A stretch of 64,000 nucleotides of DNA from Felis catus (lineage: Eukaryota): contig NC_058368.1 of NCBI RefSeq assembly GCF_018350175.1, positions 166,844,001 through 166,908,000 on the forward strand, given 5' to 3'. Of this stretch, positions 1 through 10,670 are shown piece after piece (the stretch's first letter is position 1; each line of letters starts with the position of its first letter). The notes below the pieces were generated by a model. It did no database searches, was not told the origin of the DNA, and saw only the letters and a list, made by a program, of their open reading frames with translations. The position numbers and the translations under genes were made by a program.

Positions 1-214
1 AAATAGATTATTTTGAAAAATGTACTTTAATAATATATGTGAATAAGAACATGTTTTGCTGCAAAAGTTTGATGTTACATGACTTCTATTTCCCATTAGT
101 TTCTTCTTTAATCACTAGAAACTGATCCTTATTCTAAAGTATTCATCCATTAGCAGTCCATTCATCCTGGAAACATTTATTGAATACATTTACTACACCA
201 GAGACTGGTTTTAC

Positions 215-390
215 CTTACATGCCTCATCTCTTTTCATCCTTACAACCATCCTATCATATTGGTTCTATTAACATCCAAATTTTAATATTAAGGAATCTA
301 AGACTGAGTAAACTAATTGGCTACCATGTCTAGAATTATTATTTGGACCAATTTTACTCTGAAGGTCATGCTTTTAACTTCTATTATTGG
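215..390 (-). mobile_element. MIR-like SINE remnant
   Basis: Degenerate MIR core (catccttacaaccatcctat...aaggaatctaagactgag); boundaries approximate. Confidence 0.5.
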
Positions 391-449
391 CTCTTGAGTT
401 GTAATTATAAAATCTGGCTGTATATTAGTATAACATAAAGATATTTTTA

Positions 450-670
450 GGGGCACCTGGGTGGCTCAGTCGATTAAGCGTCCGTCCGACTCTTGATTTC
501 AACTCAGGTCATGATCTCATGATTCCTAACATTGAGCCCCAAGTAGGGCTCTGACAGCATGGAGCCTGCTTGGGATCCTCTCTCCCTCTCTCTATGCCCC
601 TCCCCTGCTCATCCATGTGTTTGCGCTCTCTCTCTCTCAAAATAAATAAACATTTTTTTAACAAAAAATG
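450..670 (+). mobile_element. Can-SINE (SINEC)
   Basis: ggggcacctgggtggctcagtc head, (CT)n, aataaa/A tail; TSD agatattttta at 439-449 and 671-681. Confidence 0.95.
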
Positions 671-796
671 AGATATTTTTAAAAATCATTATACCTAGGT
701 TACATTCCACATTGGCAGAATCAGTACCTTCAGAGATGGGGCAAGGCATCTGTCCTTAAAAATCTAATAACAACAACAGTAGCACACTCACGTGCA

Positions 797-818
797 CATA
801 CACACACACACACACACA
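797..818. repeat. (CA)n microsatellite
   Basis: Direct reading. Confidence 0.9.
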
Positions 819-2127
819 ATGCATATGTATTGTTGATCTGTTTCCAATGTTGAGACTCTTACTTCAAAATTTATGCAATAATCTTATTAATATTATAGCA
901 AAATGTGCATTTTGTTAATATCAATAATATTTAACCTGTTTATATTCTTTTGTCATTCTCAAAAGACCATAAAATCTTCAATATTAAAAGACCAGAATAA
1001 TTGCAAGAACTTTAGCAGGTATAATACCTTGTCCTTATTAATTATTATGTATAAAGATAATAATTTGCAAAGATTCAGCATTTTGGTTTAGATTTTCTCC
1101 AGCCTCAAACTGTCTTAACACTTCAAAGATCACATCCATTTAATCCCTTTGTTCCTGCTGCACTTTTCTCAGCACATGAACAGTGCTAGCATTTTTCCAG
1201 ACCTATCTGCCCATTGAATCCTGTATAATTTGCTACAACCAAACTGGATAGGAGGAGGTCCCAGTACATGAGGTTAAGAACTTACATATTTGCTAAGCTC
1301 TGCCTGACTCTTCTTCAGCCCGCAAATTTCCTCAATTTTGAAGCCTTTGACTTCTCATTTTGGTCACAGTCTTGCCCTAGGCTCTAGTAAAATTTTAACC
1401 TTAGAAAACAGAGACCTGCAGAGGTCAAATACCAGTTTTTATCATTCAGAATCAAGATGCACCCCACACTTAGCCCACTTTGACTCTGAGCCTCTGTTCT
1501 GTGTGGGACTCAGCCTTTTCCCCACCACTCAGTCTCATTTTCTATCACTACTATTATAACTTCTTTCCATGTCTGACCATCCTACATGTTTAATACCCTA
1601 GATCACAGAGAGCTAAAGAACAATATTATCAAGTTTTCTTGTAGTTTATATATAGGTTGGTTTAACTGTGCATTTAAGGATCACAAAGCCAGAATACTGG
1701 AATTCACTGAACAAAGAAGGAAAAATGCCTGCTCCTTTCTATCTGATGATCTTTTTAACAAGATACAATACTCAGATTCCCGGTGATTTTTTTTTCCCGT
1801 GGATTTGCTGGTGATGGTGTAATTCTAGTGAGGCCCCTGGGACACTAGCTTGTCTGCTTGGATCCAGCTTCAGCTGTTTTCCTAAGTACTGCCTTGAATT
1901 AAAGATGTTCTCAAAAAAAAAAAATCACAAAAAAGCAAGAACCACTCAATACCTTAACTCTGACCATATCTCAGTAATTTCTAAATACATTCTGCTCTGA
2001 AATTAGGAATCAGAAGAGAAACTCTGATCCCATTGGTTCATGGCCCCAATCGTTATTTTTCATAAAAAATAAAAAAAACCTGTTTAAAGTTGCTGTTTCA
2101 AAGGTCAAGACTTTCTCTGTGATTTTT

Positions 2128-2348
2128 ATTTTTTTTTATTTTTTTAATGTTTACTTATTTTTGACAGAGAGAGAGCATGCGCAGGGGAGGGGCAGAGAGA
2201 GAGGGAGACACAGAATCGGAAACAGGCTCCAGGCTCTGAGCTGTCAGCACAGAGCCTGATGCAAAGCTCAAACTCACAGACTGCGAGATCACGACCTGAG
2301 CCGAGTCGGACGCTCAACCGACTGAGCCACCCAGGACCCAGGCGCCCC
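2128..2348 (-). mobile_element. Can-SINE (SINEC_Fc-like)
   Basis: T-rich tail, (GA)n, ends ccaggcgcccc; TSD tc[t/a]gtgattttt at 2116-2127 and 2349-2360. Confidence 0.95.
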
Positions 2349-3419
2349 TCAGTGATTTTTTAAAAAATTACTTGCAATGCAAAAATACGTTTGACATTTT
2401 CTCTCCTTTTTTTGAAGGCAAGGTAATCCCAAACAGAATTTAGTAACTTTTTACAGGCTAATTTTCATGTTGGGCTTATGGCATTAATTTTTACATTATA
2501 ATTATATTTATTAGGTTCAGGTCAAATTTTAGCCCAGTTTTTTTCTTTTTATAAGTGCTTCATATTGGTTGTGCCCATGAAGATAATTAAAGCACTTGAT
2601 GGTTCTACAAAGCGTTATCTATTGACAGATACAGCAAATTATGGAGGGTGAATAATAAATTCTTAAGCTAATTAGCACCATGTATAATCATGTACAAGTT
2701 TCATTCTGCAAAACTGGCATATTAATATTTTTATCTTCCCCAGTTGAAAATAATCTCTAAAATTAAAAAGCCCATAAAACATTACTCACTTTGGACCATG
2801 TCCATTTCATACTCAATCTGCCTAATGAAAGTACCTATGTCGTGCTATTTGGCAAGATGGAGTAGGAAATATCATTCGGTTGCCTATCTACCCTCATCTC
2901 AGACATTCTTAAAGGCTTACCTAGAAAAGTATACCCAAATGCCAAATTATTTGTCAGAACAACATAAGAATTGAGAAGTGAAACAAAAACTATCTTTAAA
3001 AAAGCTGTGCATTTTCTTTTCCCATAGGCTCTGAGGAATGTAAGCAGTCTTTCAAGGTATGCTTCACTAGTGTTCCTTGTGATGACTGTGATAACTGGGC
3101 TTAACACCGAGAAATAAGTCTTGATTAATGCATATGGAATAGTGTCGTCTATTGACATTGTAGTTTGTTCACGTGGGACTTTTTCCTTGTAAAAGCTACC
3201 ATTTCCATGGTTTCTAAACTTTATGTGTATGAACTTAGAAACAACTTCAGATATGCTTTCTATCATGTGCTGAACAGAAGAAGCTGATTAAAAGTCAATG
3301 AAAAGCCTAATCAGAGGCCTTGTGAAGCAGAAATCCAAACAAAATCACCAAAAGCAGATGAGGAGACATAAGTTTCCATTACAGGACTGATGGCACCAGC
3401 TGAGTTTGCAGAGTCAATG

Positions 3420-3575
3420 AACTAGTATAATGGAAAAATCATGGATGTTAGCATGAGGCATACTGAAATTCTGGCTTTACAATGTATTTCCTGGGGGAGA
3501 TTAGGAATATTGATTAACTTTCATGGACCTTACCTTTTCTCATCTATGAAATAGACATAAAAATGCCTACTTATT
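3420..3575 (+). mobile_element. MIR remnant
   Basis: tagtataatggaaaaatcatgg...ccttttctcatctatgaaatag...aatgcctac resembles MIR core. Confidence 0.6.
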
Positions 3576-3588
3576 TATTTATTTTTTT

Positions 3589-3631
3589 TTCATTCATTCA
3601 TTCATTCATTCATTCATTCATTCATTCATTC
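3589..3631. repeat. (TTCA)n tetranucleotide repeat
   Basis: About 10 tandem TTCA units. Confidence 0.95.
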
Positions 3632-3792
3632 TGTGAATATGAACTCAATGGTTACCACTTGGTAAATGACTGAAAGCCAAAAAGCAATTTACTTGCTTAG
3701 CTTTTTGAAGTTATTGTGATGTGTTAGAAATGCTTGTTTCTGTGGCCTGAGGTTTTTGAAGGCTGAATTGTGTTTAATAAGAATGAAGTCCT

Positions 3793-4027
3793 GGGGCGCC
3801 TGGGTGGCGCAGTCGGTTAAGCGTCCGACTTCAGCCAGGTCACGATCTCACGGTCCGTGAGTTCGAGCCCCGCGTCGGGCTCTGGGCTGATGGCTCAGAG
3901 CCTGGAGCCTGTTTCCGATTCTGTGTCTCCCTCTCTCTCTGCCCCTCACCCGTTCATGCTCTGTCTCTCTCTCTGTCCCAAAAATAAATAAACGTTGAAA
4001 AAAAAAAAATTAAAAAAAAAAAAAAAA
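3793..4027 (+). mobile_element. Young full-length feline Can-SINE (SINEC_Fc-like)
   Basis: Intact A box (tggcgcagtcgg) and B box (gttcgagcc), CpGs retained, long A tail; TSD aagaatgaagtcc at 3779-3791 and 4028-4040. Confidence 0.97.
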
Positions 4028-4162
4028 AAGAATGAAGTCCATCTGCTATTTGTGTGGAATTTGTCTTTAATGCCTGGGATTCAGACATTGTTCATGGGAC
4101 AGTCACTGTTGCTCTATTCCTTTGCACTATATCAATTTAGAAAAAGTCCACTGAACAGAGGT

Positions 4163-4386
4163 GTTTTTTTTTTAATATTTATTTATTTTTGAGAGAGAGA
4201 GACAGAGCATGAGCAGGGGAGAGGCAGAGAGAGAGAGAGAGAAAGAGAGAGACCCAGAATCTGAATCTGACTTCAGGCTCTGAGCCATTAGCACAGAGGC
4301 CGACATGAAGCTTGAACTCACAAGCTGTGAGATCATGAGCTGAGCTGAAGTTGGACGCTTAACCGACTGAGCTACTCAGGCACCCC
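4163..4386 (-). mobile_element. Can-SINE
   Basis: Reverse SINEC body; TSD tccactgaacagag at 4147-4160 and 4388-4401. Confidence 0.95.
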
Positions 4387-5624
4387 ATCCACTGAACAGA
4401 GCTTTAACAAAACTTCACTCTGTTGTGGCAGCTTCCTAGAAGTCAGAGCCCTAAGCAGTGGTGTGACCAGCTGTGCATTTATGCCAAGGGTCTTGATATG
4501 TAGCAGAACACAAATCCAACGTTTAGGTGCCATGGCCTCCATCTTCCTAGGCCACAATGCCTCTTTGTGGTTCAAAAATGCAAGGGAGCATTTTCTGCCT
4601 ATTATCATTGCAGGTTCATATCTCATTTGCTCTGCACTGTCACCCAGAGATTTATTTTGCCCTGAACTGATTTCTTGGGTCTGTCCCACCCTCTGAGTAG
4701 CTGCATTAGGTTATTTCCTTCCCTTGTGTAATGATTTGCATTTTTACAACTTAAATCTAGGTTTTATCATTTCTTTACCACACTTCTAATGCCTCCAGGT
4801 TCTTTATTAAAATTATTTCCCTGTCCTCCCCTGTGTATGTAACATCATCCAAGTTAGTACCATCCACAAATAAAAATGTGTTGCTTATTATCTTTTCTTG
4901 AGCATTCACAGCAAAAAGTTGAATATAAATGAACTTAAAAATTTCAACTTTGAAATATTCTCATTTATTGCTAAGAACCCTAACACACACTTATGTGTGT
5001 TGTTTTTATTTGTTTCAGGTCATAAAGCCAATGCAAACATATTTAACAGGACATATTTAGGCTATTTAGAATATGTTACATTAAATCATATTGTATGTCA
5101 GACTAAATGCCTTAAGATATGAGACTTTTTTTCCTCTCCTTTACTCAATACATCCTTACGTTGGCCTTATTGAACCTAAACTGATCTAATTCTAATAGGT
5201 TGAATTTTATTTCATTCAACAGTTAAGTATGGGTTTAAAGAAAAAACATCCTAAAACGTTGATTTGCTCTTCTGGATCATGATATTGACTTTTAATAACT
5301 TTTACATGATGAGTCTCGGAGGAAATTTTAACCAAACTACATTCAAGAAAAAGTTTATGTGTGATTCACAATTCAGTTGTGGCTAGTGAAACAATTTGTC
5401 TTTGATAAATTACAGTTAACTATCAGTATGCCAGAAGTAAAAAGGTATTGGTTGAAATATTTTAAAAATAACCTCTACTGTCAGTTAGTTTTTCCTCAGG
5501 GCCCTGCCGGAAATGATGTAGAGGTAGGGAAAGCACGTTTTGAGGCCTAATCTGTATGGAATTACGTCTCTCCTGAGTACAAACTCAGTTTCTATAAATG
5601 GAAAATCCACAAAAGGCACTACAT

Positions 5625-5735
5625 ATGAATGTTGGAAGTGATTTTAAAATCATCCAGTTCAATCCCTTCATTTCACAGATGAAGGAAAAGAAGCCCAGAG
5701 AGATTAATGGAGAGGACCAAGGTCACACAACTGAG
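5625..5735 (-). mobile_element. MIR remnant
   Basis: atcatccagttcaatcccttcatttcacagatgaaggaaaagaagcccagagag...caaggtcacac. Confidence 0.7.
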
Positions 5736-7257
5736 GAAAGTGTCTGTTTCACATTACTGTTATGGATACTACCTGAACCCTTCAGGATTACTTTGTTTCC
5801 TTTCAGCCTAAGGCACATGCTTCTAGTATTTTCTAGAAAGACATTACTTCATATCTAAAACTTACTAAATTAGAACCAATTTAATGTTGTATATGTGAAA
5901 AATCATTTCTATATATAAAATTTTAGCTCCACTTTTCTTAAATTTAGTGGGTAGCAGCCTAATTTTATTGAATTTCTAAACATGAGTTTTAAAGGGCGAC
6001 CTAAATGTATTTTCAAAGCTTTGTCACTTGACACAGATCAACTAGAAATTTCTAGTAATAAATACTGGTATTGTCTGTTCTCTGTCTTTTTACATCAGTA
6101 TCCCAATGAAAGTCCCCTTCAGAAGGTAGAGGGAGACTATGATTGTGAGGGAAAATGGTTCTGATTTCCCAAATCCTGCATAAACACTGTTAGCTAAAAT
6201 GTATGTAGGTAGGACATCAGCTTCTATTCCCTAAGAAGGAAATAAGTTCAAATAGAAAAGCATATATGGTATGAGAGAATCCAACACTCTCAGAAGGGTG
6301 ACCACCAACATGGTAACCCTGGAAGACAGAGAGTAACAGAAGAAAACATTTCTCAAAAATAATGCTCTGAGAAGAAAATGATATTTAGCTTTATAAAAAT
6401 GTCCACTTACATCTCTTTACACAGAAAAAAATATGGTAGAAGTCAACACAAAACCCTGAAGAATTTATTTTTCCTTTTCTCTAGTATTTCCACTCCTGAT
6501 TGTTATATATCAATATTATTAGATAATTATTCACAAGAGTCCATAGACACTCAAAGCCTTAGGGTCATATTAAGTACAGATATTAAGAATGTAAAATAAA
6601 TTTTTAAATATTTGGTATTAAGCAACAATGTTACTCCTTGAAACAGATATCTTTAAGCGATAGCGAAATTAAATGTTGCTAATTAAAACTCTTAATTAGC
6701 AAAACAGTCTCAATTCTTATAATCTAGCATACCTAATATTTTTACTAGCTAATCAAGCACTGTTACTTAAACAAGAGCAACATTGTCACACCTCAATAGT
6801 CCCCTTTGCTTCAGTGCAAGGTACTTTGTTTCAATTTGGATGTCAATCACTTGGTAATTTAAATATGTATTTTTAAAGATTAGCAAAATTCTAGATATGA
6901 AATTGTCTACAGAAATATTGCTAAGCCAACTACAACTGCACCACCTTAATTCTCACATATCTTTTGCAAATGAACTGAAAATATAATTATGCTTATGAAA
7001 TTAGAAATGTTTTTTTCTTAGATAAGAAAAATAAACATTAAATTCAATAAAAGCAGCTGAGCGATCAATTTGTACAAGGCATTCTGACAAATTAAAATGT
7101 GGTCCCTGCCACCAAGGGGCTTACATTCTAGACAGGAAGACAGATTATTAGTCGTCTTAGATTTCACCAGCAACAGAATTAAAGAATTATATGAGGTAAT
7201 GTATTTAAAGTAACCTAGATAGCAAAATATTACTTTATTGAGAAGAACAAAAAAGCG

Positions 7258-7259
<2 letters not shown>

Positions 7260-7290
<31 letters not shown>
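7260..7290. repeat. (AAT)n microsatellite
   Basis: About 10 AAT units. Confidence 0.95.
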
Positions 7291-7733
7291 TGTCACACAA
7301 AATCTCTAATTTTTATATGCTGCACAGAGTAACAGTATATGGCACAAAAGTGACATAACATGAGAGCTGTATGAATTATGAATAATTATAAAGCTATAAC
7401 AAGTTCTTGAAAAGATCATTAATTGTGTTACCAGTCACAAAGCTCATCCATTAGCTTTTAAGTTATCTTTGGTGCTCATTTAATCAGCCCTATTTCAAAG
7501 CAGTCATTTCAATTCTATCTCAGCTAGTATTAAATGCTCATTTGTTAATGCCCTTGCTACTGTTATCTTAGCATACTTAGAGAATAGGGGTGTGTTGTGA
7601 GGACCTAAACTAACACAATAAACCAGGTCACTTACAGCAATACAGACCTAATTGGAGCTATAACGAAAGCAGCATAAATCATGTCTGGACATATCAATAA
7701 TGAGACAATTGGAAGAAAGAAGAATACATCATC

Positions 7734-7736
<3 letters not shown>

Positions 7737-7778
<42 letters not shown>

Positions 7779-7800
7779 GTGAGAGCGTGCATGTGTGTGC
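7737..7800. repeat. (TG)n microsatellite
   Basis: Direct reading, imperfect 3' half. Confidence 0.95.
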
Positions 7801-8413
7801 AGTTATAAGCTAGAAAATAAGTTCCAAGTCCTGTGGCGGTGGATTCCTTTTAAATAAAATTGAGGCCAGACATTCCTAATTTTATCATGTGTCCCCAGTT
7901 GCTGTACAACCAAGCCAAGCGCAGTAGGAAATCATCTCTCACATTCTCTTATAGCAAATTCATTCTCTGGATGGAGCTCATATTGGTCTTCCTCCTTCTA
8001 CAACGAAGCAGACAAACAACCCCTAAGAACAAGAAATGTGTGGGCACGGATACATAGCTCGCATTCATCCACACAGTGGGGGAGAAGGCTTTTCAAGTTT
8101 TTCTCGTTCTCATTCTTTATAGGAATGGGAATACTTAACCTGAGTCACATAAAAGACACACCCTCAACTTCAGGTTAATGACTGCTCCCTCTCATCACAC
8201 CCTCTCCAACTCTCTAAGCAGGAAGTATACGTCTTTCTATTGCTATTTCAGGAATTCAGAGATACGACTCTGCCTACTTCTCAATTCAGCTTAGAAGCAA
8301 TCTTCATTTTTACCATCTGCATTTTTGAGTATCTACAAAACTCTCTCGGGTGTCCTGTTAGACTGCTAAGTGTATCTGTCTCTCGTTTCATACATGTTTA
8401 TATATAAGAACAA

Positions 8414-8557
8414 GCTCAGGTCATGATCTCATGGTCGTGAGATGAATCCCTGTGCGGGGTTCTGTGCTGAGTGTGGAGCCTACTTGGATTCTCTCTTCCT
8501 CTCTCTGTGTCCCTCCTCTACTTATGTGCATGAATGTGTGCGCTCTCTCTCTGTTAA

Positions 8558-8596
<39 letters not shown>

Positions 8597-8600
8597 ATGT
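8414..8600 (+). mobile_element. 5'-truncated Can-SINE with (AAAT)n tail
   Basis: Starts at gctcaggtcatgatctc; tail 8556-8597. Confidence 0.9.
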
Positions 8601-8904
8601 TAGAAAACGACATTTTGTTAAAGTTGAAGTATTCACTCAAGTACATTCAGTAAATTATTGTTCAATCGTGTCCAAATGACTTGGGTAGAACTGCATCGAA
8701 ATTTATATTAAGTGTTCTAGACCGTCACCCACAAATTAGGTTGTGCCACCTTAGTTGCATTTGCCATAGAAACCTGCGCTGTCTAGTTCTTTCACCATCA
8801 GTTATTTGGGGGGGGGGTACCCACTCCTGGTTTCAATGTAATGCAACATTTATTGAATACCTACTTTGATCAAGACACTGTGCGAGAAATTAAGAGATGA
8901 CAAA

Positions 8905-9121
8905 ATTTTTTAAAAAAACTTTTAACATTTATTTTTGGGAAAGAGAGAGAGTGTGTGAGCTGAGAAGGTGCAGAGAGAGAGAGGGAGACACAGAATCTGA
9001 GGCAGGCTCCAGGCTCCGAGCTGTCAGCTTGAGCCCCATGTGAGGTTCAAACCCACGATCCGTGAGATCATGACCCAAACTGAAGTCCGGCGCTTAACCA
9101 ATTGGGCCACCCAGGCGTCCC
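8905..9121 (-). mobile_element. Can-SINE
   Basis: Reverse SINEC body ending ccacccaggcgtccc. Confidence 0.93.
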
Positions 9122-9899
9122 AAAAGACTACATAATATTTAAATGGTGAAGTGTCACTTGCCATTTATACAAAATTAGAACTCTGCATTTTAAAACTACT
9201 TCCTCAGGATAAGTTTTATAATACAGCTGTACTTTTGTTCATTGTTGGTGACATAGTAGAGGGTATAAAGGTCAAGGCATAGTAAAGGTTTTGACTTTCG
9301 TAAAAAGAAAAGGAAGCATGCAATAAAAATGAGCAGTAGGGATATTTATAAAACCCTCACAGGATAAATCTATATAAAAAAAATGAGTTCCTTCAGGTAC
9401 CCGTACTAAAGCAAATAAAATTCCCAGGCTCAAAAATATGAGTATATTTATTTTAAAATTCATCTCAAATAAATAAAACTGTGTTTGAATAGGTTGAAGT
9501 ACTACGGATATCTATTCCTGCTATGTGGCAAGGCTTGAGATTCTACTTATTTGCTAATGTTTACAATTGTATTTCATCTACCTCTCTATTTATTACCAAT
9601 TTCTCTCTATATATGGATATCTACGTACATTTAATATAAAAGTATTGATTTTTTTGGAGTGGTGTTATTGATGGAAAACTGACTCAGAATTATAAACAGA
9701 TACAATTTAGGCATTTCCTCATTGAATAAATCACAATAGATTTGAGGGAACTGAAAAAGTTGAAAGTGCTCCTCTGGTATCTACGAGATATTCTCATTTC
9801 TCAAGCATTTTACCTAACTAGTACATGCCAGGCGATATCTCTTGTTTATGAAAGTAGGTATCAGTAGAGACACAGGTTGCCTGTTGTGTACTTTATGAA

Positions 9900-10670
9900 C
9901 AATGCAGCATGGTTTTAAGACATAGACTGTGGAATCAGACAGACCTGGATTCATATTAGAAATTTCCCAAGGCGGTAGGATTGTGGTTAAGTTACTTCAT
10001 TTCTTTCTTTTATGCTGGCAACACCTGGAAAGGCTTGCAGGAACAACGTGTATTCAGAAAGAAAATAATTTTACCCCTAGAGAATTAAATATTCAGCCAG
10101 GGGCCAGAAGATACTGCAAAAGAGGTCTTCACCAATACCCCCCTAGTCTCCTTACAGCTATGCAGAGTTCCTATTGGATGGGCATTCCAGATTTCCTTCT
10201 GTCTCTGAATTTCTTTCCTCATCCCACCAGTCTTGCCCTCAGACTTTCTTCCCAACCAAGACTGGGCACTGTCCTTGAGAGAAGTCCAGCCTTGGAGTGC
10301 CCTGCAGGAGGATACTTTAAACACCCGATTACTTCAGTGTAGAGCACCCACTAGGGTTGCTATTTTGTTGCTGCTGTGGACCAGATCCCATAACTTAAGT
10401 ATGAAGTTTATTTTGCTATTGATGCCTTTGTCTCTGGACTCTGTCAACAAAGAGATTTTCTTCTAGGGGTTGGAGTGGGGACTGGAGGGAAACAAAGAAG
10501 CAGGTTTGGGAACACAAAATCCTGTATTCCTGTACTTCAATAATCTGTAAAATAGATGCAAATAACAGTACTTTCCAAAGAGGGGTATTATGAGGACTGT
10601 TTGAGACAGTCTCTAAAACAGGTAGCACAGTGGAAATGCTGGATACATTATAGTTATCTTTGATCATTAC
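9900..10670 (+). mobile_element. MIR split by a ~510 bp inserted segment (about 10010-10520)
   Basis: MIR 5' part gcagcatggttttaagacatagactgtggaatcagacagacctggattca...aagttactt; resumes atctgtaaaatagatgcaaataacagtac near 10543. Confidence 0.6.

Larger units (their letters stand above)
405..860. mobile_element. MER5-like hAT DNA transposon remnant, interrupted by a SINE
   Basis: ctggctgtatattagtataac before the SINE, resuming aaaatcattatacctagg...gaatcag...gatggggcaaggcatctg after it; resembles MER5A. Confidence 0.4.

Noticed and set aside
3079..3200. Box C-like GTGATGA (also ATGATGA near 5306)
   Set aside because: No box D (CTGA) at snoRNA distance and no terminal stem.
2835..3266. Longest ORF in the track (143 aa, minus strand)
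   Set aside because: No recognisable domain, promoter or exon context. My rough estimate is that one ORF of this length is compatible with chance in six frames of 64 kb. BLASTP or PhyloCSF would settle it.
3793..3880. tRNA-like A and B boxes
   Set aside because: tRNA-derived SINE head, not a tRNA gene.
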